Of a stretch of 64,000 bases of DNA, positions 12,248 to 20,563 are shown one piece after another (within the stretch, counting starts at the first letter, position 1; each line of letters begins with the position of its first letter). Made by a program: the position numbers and the translations under genes. The stretch is from an uncultured delta proteobacterium (GTDB lineage: Bacteria > Desulfobacterota > Syntrophia > Syntrophales > UBA5619), in assembly GCA_963817385.1 (NCBI GenBank), contig CAWFOM010000009.1, positions 13,022 through 77,021 of the forward strand, given 5' to 3'. The notes under the pieces were generated by a model. It ran no database searches. It was given only the letters and a program-made list of their open reading frames with translations, and was not told the DNA's origin.

Positions 12248-13597
12248 ATGAAGGGCCATCCGAAGAAGGGAAAGGAAAGGGTTAAGTTAAGTCGGCGTGA
12301 TTTTCTCAAGGCAGGAGCGGCCGGCTTGGGTGTAGCTGCCATGGGAGGGCTGCTGCCCGACATGCTCCTCGCCGCCAAGGCGCCGGCGTTCAAGAAAGGG
12401 ACAAAACTCTCCATCCTGCAGGGCTCTTATTTCATCGCGCCTTCGCAGGACCTGTACAAGAGGCAGGCTCAGGAGTGGGGCGAGGCGAACGGCGTTGAGA
12501 TGGCTTGCGACTTCCTGAACTGGCCGGACCTGCAGCCCAAGATTGCGGCCTCCGTCCAGGCCGGCGGTTACGACATCGTCGAACTATGGGGCGGCTGGAA
12601 CTATCTCTATCAAGACAACCTTGTAGAGGTAAGCGATATTGCCGAGGCTTTCGGAAAGAGAAACGGCGGGTGGGAAAGATTTGTTGAGCTCTCTTACAAG
12701 GTTGGAAACCGCTGTCTGGGAGTTCCCCATGGTTACTCCAATGGTTCCATGGCCTACCGGATCAGTTGGTTCAAGGAAGCCGGATGCCCGAACGCCGAGG
12801 ATGGGAACAAAATTGATTTGACCTGGGACGAGTACTTCGCCATCGGCAAGAAGTGTAAAGCAAACGGGCACCCATTCGGGCAGGCACTCGGCCACAGCAC
12901 CGGGGATCCTCCGGGATATTGCTATCCGTATATGTGGTCCTACGGGGCCATGGAAGTGGAAAAGGACGGCAAGACCATAGCCTTCAATAAGCCCCAGTTT
13001 GTAGAAGGAATGCGGAAGTTCATCGAGGGCTGGAAGGACGCCTATGATGAAACCGGGACCTCCTGGGACGACAGCAACAACAACCGCGCATATCTTTCCG
13101 GCCAGATCTCCAGCACCTTCAACGGCTCCAGCATCTATTTTGCCGCAAAGAAGGATAAACCGGAGATCGCCGCAGACACGCACCACATACTCATTCCCAA
13201 AGGACCGGCCGGCCGGTTCTACTGGCTGGATACCCGGACATTCGCCATCCTGAAGAACTCGAAAAATATACCGGCAGCCAAAGCGTTCTTGAAGTGGTGG
13301 TTCGAAGAAAAACAGTTCGGCGACTGGTGGCGCAGCCAGAAAGGGTATATGCTTCAGCCGGTGAAAAAGTATTACACCGATCCTGTCTGGTTCGAAGATC
13401 CGAAAATGGCCCCCTTCCGGGAACAGCCCAAGTACGGGTTAAACCAGGGCTATGCCGGCCCGCCGAATAGAAAAGCAGCCGAGGCGTGGTCAAAGTATAT
13501 CGTAGTGGACACTTTTGCTAAGGCCGTCCAGGGCGGGGATGCCAAACAGGCGATTGAATGGGGCGCGGACCAGTTGAAACGGATATATGGCAGGTAA
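12248..13597 (+). CDS. Carbohydrate ABC transporter substrate-binding protein with Tat signal
   Basis: SRRDFLK twin-arginine motif; CUT1-type binding-protein sequence; AGGAGG RBS. Confidence 0.9.
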   Translation: MKGHPKKGKERVKLSRRDFLKAGAAGLGVAAMGGLLPDMLLAAKAPAFKKGTKLSILQGSYFIAPSQDLYKRQAQEWGEANGVEMACDFLNWPDLQPKIAASVQAGGYDIVELWGGWNYLYQDNLVEVSDIAEAFGKRNGGWERFVELSYKVGNRCLGVPHGYSNGSMAYRISWFKEAGCPNAEDGNKIDLTWDEYFAIGKKCKANGHPFGQALGHSTGDPPGYCYPYMWSYGAMEVEKDGKTIAFNKPQFVEGMRKFIEGWKDAYDETGTSWDDSNNNRAYLSGQISSTFNGSSIYFAAKKDKPEIAADTHHILIPKGPAGRFYWLDTRTFAILKNSKNIPAAKAFLKWWFEEKQFGDWWRSQKGYMLQPVKKYYTDPVWFEDPKMAPFREQPKYGLNQGYAGPPNRKAAEAWSKYIVVDTFAKAVQGGDAKQAIEWGADQLKRIYGR

Positions 13598-13611
13598 TTC
13601 CCAGTGAGATG

Positions 13612-13649
13612 GGGGGTGGATTGAAAACCAATCCATCCCCCTATTTTTT
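13612..13649 (+). terminator. Stem-loop plus U-tract after the SBP gene (terminator or mRNA stabiliser)
   Basis: GGGGGTGGATTG-AAAAC-CAATCCATCCCC followed by CTATTTTTT. Confidence 0.65.
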
Positions 13650-13671
13650 GAATATTCTGAGCATATCTCCT

Positions 13672-14580
13672 ATGGTCAATGGTTCTCGATTAAAATCCTT
13701 TTCCATGAGGGACTTTTTTGACAGGGAGAGGAATCTCGGCATCATTCTCATGTTACCGGGGGCCATCCTCCTGATTGCTTTCATGGCCTATCCTTTTTTT
13801 ATCGGCATCTGGCTCTCCCTGACGGACAGCATGATCGGACGAGCAGGGCAATTTATCGGCCTCAGGAATTTTACGGATCTGCTGACCGACACCATCTTTC
13901 ACCAAACCGCCCGAAATACCTTCATCTATGCTCTGGTAACCGTCCCCTTTAAGGCCATGCTCGGCTTGGGGCTGGCTTTGGTCCTGAACCGGCATATGCG
14001 GTTCAGCAGCCCGATCCGCGCCGCCGTGATGATGCCCTGGATCGTTCCCACCGCGCTCAGTTCTCTGGGTTGGTTCATGATCTTCGATCCGGTCTTCAGT
14101 CCGATCAGCTGGCTCTTTAAACATATGGGTTTAATCAGCAAGAACATCAATTTCCTGGGAGATCCCATTTTGGCGATTTCCTCGGTTTGCTGGGCAAATA
14201 TCTGGCGCGGAGTCCCCTTTTTCGGAATCACCATTCTGGCCGGGCTGCAGTCGGTTCCCCAGGAGCTGCATGAGGCCGCGGCGATTGACGGGGCCTCAGT
14301 CTGGCATCGGTTCCGTCATGTGACCATCCCTTCGATCAAAGGAGTGGTCCTGATTGCCTCTCTCCTGTCCATTATCTGGACCTTTGCGGATTTCCAGCTC
14401 ATCTATATTTTGACCAAAGGAGGACCGGCAAACCAGACCCATATTTTTGGAACCTATACGTACCAAATTGGCTTGTCGGCAACGGAAATCGGCATGGGCG
14501 CGGCCATTTCCCTGTACATGTTCCCCATCCTCGCCGTCTTCGCCATTCTGCTTCTCATTTATCTACGGAGGGAACAATAA
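13672..14580 (+). CDS. Carbohydrate ABC transporter permease (MalF/UgpA-like)
   Basis: Multiple TM helices; EAA loop ELHEAAAIDGA; LTKGGP motif. Confidence 0.93.
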   Translation: MVNGSRLKSFSMRDFFDRERNLGIILMLPGAILLIAFMAYPFFIGIWLSLTDSMIGRAGQFIGLRNFTDLLTDTIFHQTARNTFIYALVTVPFKAMLGLGLALVLNRHMRFSSPIRAAVMMPWIVPTALSSLGWFMIFDPVFSPISWLFKHMGLISKNINFLGDPILAISSVCWANIWRGVPFFGITILAGLQSVPQELHEAAAIDGASVWHRFRHVTIPSIKGVVLIASLLSIIWTFADFQLIYILTKGGPANQTHIFGTYTYQIGLSATEIGMGAAISLYMFPILAVFAILLLIYLRREQ

Positions 14581-14581
14581 A

Positions 14582-15427
14582 ATGGTTGGGAGCAACGTCT
14601 TTCGTGCCAAGTTTTTCAGCCTCTATCTGCCCCTGGCGTTATATTTGCTCGTCCTCCTCTTTCCCTTTTATTGGATGTTGATCGTTTCTTTCAAGCCCAC
14701 GAACGACCTTTTCGAAATGAAATTCAATCCGTTCTGGATCCAGCAATTCACCCTGGAAAATTATTTGTATCTTTTCCAGAATACCGATTTTCTAACCTGG
14801 CTGAAAAACACCCTTATTGTCTCCGTCGTTTCTACGGCCTTATCGCTGATATGCAGCATCTTCATCGGTTACGCCTTGGCCCGGCTGCGTTTTCCCGGGA
14901 GCAATTTTTTGGGGCTGGGAATCTTTCTGGCTTATCTGGTCCCCCCCACTCTCCTCTTCCTTCCCCTGGCGCAGGTTATTAACGGATTCGGTCTGAACAA
15001 CACCTACTGGGCGCTTATTCTTACTTATCCAACCCAGTTGATTCCTTTTGCCTCCTGGCTCTTGATGGGTTATTTTCGAACGATCCCGAAGGAAATCGAG
15101 GAAAGCGCGATGGCCGACGGCTGCTCGCGCATCCAGATCCTCGTGCGCATGGTCCTGCCCCTCTCCGTTCCAGGCCTCCTTTCGGCCGGGATTTTTTGTT
15201 TCACGCTGTGCTGGAATGAATTTCTCTATGCCCTTATCTTCATGTCTTCCGGCTCCATGAAAACCGTCTCCGTGGGAACGGTCAGCGATCTGATCAAGGC
15301 CGACACCCTGTTCTGGGGTGCGCTTATGGCCTCCGCGGTTTTAGGGTCCTTTCCGATAGCTTTCATATATTCATTTTTCGTGAAGCATTACGTCTCCGGC
15401 CTCACGGCCGGGGCCGTGAAAGGGTAG
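14582..15427 (+). CDS. Carbohydrate ABC transporter permease (MalG/UgpE-like)
   Basis: EIEESAMADG and WNEFLYA motifs; ends GLTAGAVKG. Confidence 0.93.
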   Translation: MVGSNVFRAKFFSLYLPLALYLLVLLFPFYWMLIVSFKPTNDLFEMKFNPFWIQQFTLENYLYLFQNTDFLTWLKNTLIVSVVSTALSLICSIFIGYALARLRFPGSNFLGLGIFLAYLVPPTLLFLPLAQVINGFGLNNTYWALILTYPTQLIPFASWLLMGYFRTIPKEIEESAMADGCSRIQILVRMVLPLSVPGLLSAGIFCFTLCWNEFLYALIFMSSGSMKTVSVGTVSDLIKADTLFWGALMASAVLGSFPIAFIYSFFVKHYVSGLTAGAVKG

Positions 15428-15431
15428 TTTA

Positions 15432-16229
15432 ATGAAAAAAAGAAAAAATGTTTTGCGCAATCTTTTGAAAGCCGGAAAGCCTTCTTTGGGAGTGCATGTG
15501 CACGTCACCTGGCCCGGGTTCGTGGAAGTCATCGGGCAAACCGGTGTCATCGACTATATCGAGTTCTCGGGGGAATACGCACCCTACGATCTATATTCCC
15601 TGGAAAATTTCGGACGAGCGGTGGATCTCTTTCCGCACATGACCTCCATGATCAAGATCGACCAGGACCCCAAGCTATTTTTGACGAGCCGGGCGATCGG
15701 TTCCGGCATTCCGAACCTCCTTTTCGCGGATATCCGCGGCGTGGAAGACGCACGGGAATCGGTTGCCGCCGCTCGGGCGGAAACACCAAGAACAAAGGGT
15801 TTTATGGGCGCGGCGATGCGGAGGGATGTCGGCTATGTTCTCGGACCCGGGTCCAGGGAATACGTGCAGCAGCTCGAAGAAGGTGTTGTCGCCCTGATGA
15901 TCGAGAAACAGGCCGCCATCGAAAACCTGGAGGCGATCCTTTCCGTGAAAGGGGTCGACATGGTCCAGTTCGGGCCGGCCGATTACTCCATGTCTCTCGG
16001 AATACCGGGGCTGTGGAACGATGCTCGGGTGAAAGAAGCTGAGGAATACATGATTAAAACGGCCATCAACATGGGGGTCGTCCCCCGGGTCGAACTGATG
16101 GATTTCAAGGATGCCGAGCCCTACCTGAAATTGGGGGTCAAACATTTCTGCGTGGGTTGGGATGTGTTCATCATCCAGAAATTCTGCCAGGAGCAGGGTG
16201 CAGCCTTTCGAAAGGTTTTCGGCCGATAA
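15432..16229 (+). CDS. HpcH/HpaI-family (2-keto-3-deoxy acid) aldolase
   Basis: LMIEKQAAIENLEAIL..GVDMVQFGPADYSMSLG motif. Confidence 0.85.
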   Translation: MKKRKNVLRNLLKAGKPSLGVHVHVTWPGFVEVIGQTGVIDYIEFSGEYAPYDLYSLENFGRAVDLFPHMTSMIKIDQDPKLFLTSRAIGSGIPNLLFADIRGVEDARESVAAARAETPRTKGFMGAAMRRDVGYVLGPGSREYVQQLEEGVVALMIEKQAAIENLEAILSVKGVDMVQFGPADYSMSLGIPGLWNDARVKEAEEYMIKTAINMGVVPRVELMDFKDAEPYLKLGVKHFCVGWDVFIIQKFCQEQGAAFRKVFGR

Positions 16230-16280
16230 ATCATTTCATATATAAGCCGGATTTCCCGGCGTTCGTGAAGGAGAGTCACC

Positions 16281-17375
16281 ATGGCCAAAGTCTTGATGGA
16301 GAAGCTGAACAAGCATTACGGGGAAGTGATGGCGGTGAAGGACCTGGATTTGGAGATTCTGGACAAGGAGTTCATGGTTTTGGTGGGGCCTTCGGGCTGC
16401 GGCAAGACAACAACTCTTCGCATGGTCGCCGGTCTGGAAGAGATCACCGCCGGGGATATTTACATCGACGACAAAGTGGTTAACCATCTCCCCCCCAAGG
16501 ACCGGGACATTGCCATGGTGTTCCAGAACTACGCCCTGTACCCCCACATGACGGTTTACCAGAACATGGCCTTTGCGTTGACCTTGCGGAAGATCCCCAA
16601 GGCGGAGATCGACCAGCGAGTGAAGGATGCGGCGGAAATCCTGAATATCGGCGAGCTGTTACAGCGAAAACCCAAGGCTTTGTCCGGGGGACAGCGGCAG
16701 CGGGTGGCGGTGGGGAGAGCGATCGTGCGGAAGCCGAAGGTATTCTTGTTCGATGAGCCTTTATCGAACCTGGATGCGAAGCTGAGAGTTCAGATGCGGG
16801 TAGAACTCAAGAAGCTGCATGAGCGGCTGCAGACTACCATCATCTATGTGACCCATGATCAGGTGGAGGCGATGACGATGGGGGACCGGATCGTGGTGAT
16901 GAAGGATGGGTTGAAGCAGCAGGTGGGGCCGCCTCTGGGACTTTATTTTAAACCGGCGAACAAGTTTGTGGCAGGATTTATCGGGAGTCCGGCGATGAAT
17001 TTTATTGAGGGGGATCTTTTATCGGAGAGGGGAGAGTTATATTTCCAGGCAGCGGGGATGAAGTTGAAGGTGCCGAAGGACAAGGCGGAGCCGCTGAGGA
17101 AATACGGCAAGAAGCGGGTGATCTTTGGGATTCGTCCGGAGGATTTGCCGGAGGCGGCTTGTGCGTTGCCTGGGGAGACGATCGAGGCGGTGGTGGAGGT
17201 GACGGAGCCTCTCGGGTGCGATGTGTTTTTGGATGTGAAGATTGGGGAGAGGAGTTTGACTGCCCGAGCGGAGCCGACGACGCAGGCGAAGCCGCATGCC
17301 GCGATCTGCCTTCAGCCGTCGCCGGAGAACATGCGGTTTTTTGACATTGAAACGGAGAAGGCGCTCATTACATAA
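16281..17375 (+). CDS. Carbohydrate ABC transporter ATPase (MalK/UgpC family)
   Basis: GPSGCGKT, LSGGQRQR, FLFDEPLSNLDA and VTHDQVEA motifs; TOBE tail. Confidence 0.96.
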   Translation: MAKVLMEKLNKHYGEVMAVKDLDLEILDKEFMVLVGPSGCGKTTTLRMVAGLEEITAGDIYIDDKVVNHLPPKDRDIAMVFQNYALYPHMTVYQNMAFALTLRKIPKAEIDQRVKDAAEILNIGELLQRKPKALSGGQRQRVAVGRAIVRKPKVFLFDEPLSNLDAKLRVQMRVELKKLHERLQTTIIYVTHDQVEAMTMGDRIVVMKDGLKQQVGPPLGLYFKPANKFVAGFIGSPAMNFIEGDLLSERGELYFQAAGMKLKVPKDKAEPLRKYGKKRVIFGIRPEDLPEAACALPGETIEAVVEVTEPLGCDVFLDVKIGERSLTARAEPTTQAKPHAAICLQPSPENMRFFDIETEKALIT

Positions 17376-17512
17376 GACGCAGAGCCGGGCGCATGGCGCA
17401 GAAAGCAGAGCGCAGAAAACATCGGAAGGGCATTTTTGAATTTTAATGCCGGGTGCTCCCGCGGAGAAGGGATGCTCCCCTGCCCTCTTTGACGGAAACA
17501 AGAGGTTTTTCT

Positions 17513-18496
17513 TTAAAGAATCCCCTGGTTGGATTTAGCCTGAGGATTCAGGCAATTCGGCGGTATTTGATTATTCAGCGCGGCAATAATGTCCCTGGCG
17601 CAAACGGCGGCCATCTCGATTCTCGTCTCCGTGGTCGAGGTGCCGACATGCGGCGACAACACAACGTTGGGAAGTTCGGATAGCCCATCCATTAAATCAG
17701 GCTCTTTCTCGAAGACATCCAAACCGGCTCCTGCAAATTGACCTTTCCGTAACGCCTCTACCAGTGCCTTCTCATCAACAATCGGACCGCGTGCATCATT
17801 GATCAGTATGGCCGTTTTCTTCATCAGCTTGAACTCATCAGCCCCGATAAGATGTCGGGTGGAGGGGAGCAGAGGAGCATGCACGGATATAAAATCTGCT
17901 GACTTAAAAAGCGTTTCTTTGTCGACGAACTGACCACCCGTCGCGGCTTCAAAGGCAGGCATTTTCTGGACATCCGTGTAGATCACCTTCATTCTGAATC
18001 CCTGTGCACGCCGGGCAACCGCCTGCCCGATCCGGCCGCCGCCGACGATGCCCAGCGTCTTGCCCGTCACTTGGGTGCCCACCAAATTCATCGGGTTCCA
18101 GCCCTTTTTCCCGGCCCGAACGAACTGATCGCACTCTACGATTCGCCTTGCCGTTGCCAACAACAACGTCCAGGCCAGATCAGCCGTGGCGTCGGTGACA
18201 ACATCAGGCGTGTTGGTCACATAGATGCCCTGTTTGGTTGCACTCTCCACGTCGATATTATTGTAACCCACGCCATAGCAGGAAAAAATTTTGCATTTCG
18301 CTTTGACGCTGCGGCATATCTCCTCATCGATGATCGTCGAAATAACGAGCACGGCATCGCGGCCTTTCATCTTGGCCAGCAACTCATCTCTCGTCAGTAC
18401 CCGGTCTTCGCTGTTCATCTCTACATCATAGTCACCCAAGAAATCGAATATTTGAACCGGGATGGGTCGCGTTACATAGACACTGGCTTTCGTCAT
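17513..18496 (-). CDS. D-2-hydroxyacid dehydrogenase (glyoxylate reductase/D-glycerate dehydrogenase-like)
   Basis: VTNTPDVVT, GGGRIG, INDARG, GLDVFEKEP and SPHVG motifs. Confidence 0.93.
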   Translation of the reverse strand: MTKASVYVTRPIPVQIFDFLGDYDVEMNSEDRVLTRDELLAKMKGRDAVLVISTIIDEEICRSVKAKCKIFSCYGVGYNNIDVESATKQGIYVTNTPDVVTDATADLAWTLLLATARRIVECDQFVRAGKKGWNPMNLVGTQVTGKTLGIVGGGRIGQAVARRAQGFRMKVIYTDVQKMPAFEAATGGQFVDKETLFKSADFISVHAPLLPSTRHLIGADEFKLMKKTAILINDARGPIVDEKALVEALRKGQFAGAGLDVFEKEPDLMDGLSELPNVVLSPHVGTSTTETRIEMAAVCARDIIAALNNQIPPNCLNPQAKSNQGIL

Positions 18497-18543
18497 CATC
18501 ATCACCTCAAATTGGGTTCGTTCAATCAATGTCTTGACCGGGG

Positions 18544-18573
18544 ACGATACGGAAAGGCGTTTTGCGTGTCAAG
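18544..18573 (-). promoter_or_regulatory. Conserved promoter, copy 2
   Basis: Minus strand reads CTTGACA-CGCAAAACGCCTTTCCG-TATCGT. Confidence 0.7.
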
Positions 18574-18665
18574 GAGAATTGCCCGGTTACGGCCGGTTTT
18601 CCTTTCCCGCCTTCGCGCCCAGTCTGCATGACGGAATGCCGTGGAAAAACACGAAATCAGACCGG

Positions 18666-19325
18666 TCAGGCCCGGTTGTTCACCAGCTCCCTCAAATGCC
18701 TGGCAAAGGACTCTATCATGAAATAAAAGGCGGTAGCTCCGCCATCCCGCTTACCCACCGTCCCGTCAGGACGCCAGCTGCCCCGTCCGAATTTGGCCTT
18801 CATATTGTCCGTGGCCAGCATACCGGCTTCAGCGGCGGACACTGCGGCTTTCAGGGCCTCTGCAATATCCCCTTTTTCGGTAAAGGATCGCTGAAATGTT
18901 TCGACCGCCGGGACCAGCGAGTCCAGCATGGTTTTATCACCGACCTCAGCCTTGCCCCTCTTTTTTATGCCGTCGACGGCTCCGTTTCCCATCGCTATCA
19001 GATCAACAGCCGTGATCTCCGTTTTATTCAAAACGGCTTTACCGGCCCCCATAAAGGCCGACGCCTGCAAGGTACCGAAGGTGGAAGGATTGACTTTATT
19101 GACATTCATCCCGCATTTGGTCAGCATTTTGCCGATATCAGCTTCATCCGGGGCGGCCAGGTAAGCGATCAGGGCATCGGAACCCATCCCAATGGTCACC
19201 CCCAGGTCGCCGTCGCCCATCACCGCGTCGAGGTCCCGCAACTGGTCGACATGTCCCTTCATATCGCCGGCTACCTTGGTTAAAACTGAGGCCAGATCCG
19301 CTCTGTTCAATTTAACACCCGTCAT
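18666..19325 (-). CDS. dhaL: Dihydroxyacetone kinase-family subunit L (Dak2)
   Basis: LDAVMGDGDLG, GDKTMLD, AKFGRGS and DGGA motifs; ATGA overlap with the dhaK stop. Confidence 0.88.
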   Translation of the reverse strand: MTGVKLNRADLASVLTKVAGDMKGHVDQLRDLDAVMGDGDLGVTIGMGSDALIAYLAAPDEADIGKMLTKCGMNVNKVNPSTFGTLQASAFMGAGKAVLNKTEITAVDLIAMGNGAVDGIKKRGKAEVGDKTMLDSLVPAVETFQRSFTEKGDIAEALKAAVSAAEAGMLATDNMKAKFGRGSWRPDGTVGKRDGGATAFYFMIESFARHLRELVNNRA

Positions 19326-20332
19326 GACTTTCTCCATTGCGGCAGGAAGGGTGAAAAGGCCGGTGCGTCCAGCAGTTTCTTGAATTCATCATCGAGACGA
19401 AGCAAACTCAATGAGGCTCCCGCCATCTCCATGGAGGTCGCGTATTCTCCCACAAAGGTCCTATAAACCTTTATTCCCTGGGCTTTCAGGATATCATGGA
19501 CCCTGCTGGAGAGGATAAACAACTCCTCCGGAGGGGTAGCGCCCAGTCCATTCATCAACATGGCCGCTTCATCGCCTGATTTGAAGGGCAGGTCATTGAT
19601 GACCCTCTCAGCCATAATTGCAGCCACTTCATCCGCTTTCTTCAATTTGGTCCTTTCGATTCCCGGTTCGCCGTGAATTCCCATGCCTATTTCCATCTCA
19701 TCTTCGGCAATAGTAAAATTCGGCTTACCCACAGCGGGAATCGTGCAGGGGCTCAATGCCACTCCCATTGTACAGGTATTGGCGATGGCCCGGTCGGTCG
19801 TAGCCTTGACCTCATCGAGGGTGGCCATCGTATCAGCCTTCGCCCCGGCAATTTTATAGGCGAAGAATATACCGGCAATACCGCGGCGACGCTCTTTCTG
19901 TGAAACGGGTGCCGAGGCGACGTCATCCGCCGCCACGCTTGATTTAACGGGGATATCATCCATAGACGCCATTTCGGCTGCCATCTCGAAATTCATCGTA
20001 TCGCCGCTGTAGTTTCCGAAAAGATAAAAGACGCCTGCCCCGCCGTTAACCTCTCTGGTGACGGCCAGCATAGCATCGGCGCTCGGTGAAGCAAAAACAT
20101 TGCCGATTGAGACCCCGTCCAGCAGTCCCGGACCTACATACCCTAAAAACACCGGAATGTGTCCCGAACCACCGCCGGTGCAAATGGCCACTTTTCCCTC
20201 GACCGGCGCGTCGGCCCGCACCAGACCGCGCGGGCTTTCCTTTGACAGGCGCAGGTGGAAAGGATAGGCTTTGAGAATTCCGGATATCGTCTCATCGACA
20301 AATTGAAGAGGATCATTAATCAACTTCTTCAT
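19322..20332 (-). CDS. dhaK: Dihydroxyacetone kinase-family subunit K (Dak1)
   Basis: MKKLIND, GGGSGH, VFASPS, NYSGD, GMGIHGEPG and TSMEMAG motifs. Confidence 0.92.
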   Translation of the reverse strand: MKKLINDPLQFVDETISGILKAYPFHLRLSKESPRGLVRADAPVEGKVAICTGGGSGHIPVFLGYVGPGLLDGVSIGNVFASPSADAMLAVTREVNGGAGVFYLFGNYSGDTMNFEMAAEMASMDDIPVKSSVAADDVASAPVSQKERRRGIAGIFFAYKIAGAKADTMATLDEVKATTDRAIANTCTMGVALSPCTIPAVGKPNFTIAEDEMEIGMGIHGEPGIERTKLKKADEVAAIMAERVINDLPFKSGDEAAMLMNGLGATPPEELFILSSRVHDILKAQGIKVYRTFVGEYATSMEMAGASLSLLRLDDEFKKLLDAPAFSPFLPQWRKS

Positions 20333-20430
20333 TCATTTATCTCCTTTGGGAACGTCATTACCATTTCGTTATAATGGAAAACATCGAAAGCGATGATTGA
20401 ATCGATAAGAAGTTGCGTTTGCGTGGGCTG

Positions 20431-20460
20431 AGGATACGGAAAGGAATCTTGTGTGTCAAG
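20431..20460 (-). promoter_or_regulatory. Conserved promoter, copy 3
   Basis: Minus strand reads CTTGACA-CACAAGATTCCTTTCCG-TATCCT. Confidence 0.7.
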
Positions 20461-20563
20461 GCGAATTTAGCGGGCGAATTTTTGCCTTTTGGATGCGAAA
20501 GGCCTTGTGGTAAGGTGAAAACATGAATCGGTAAAAAAAGGACCTTTTCAAGGAGGAGTCAAA

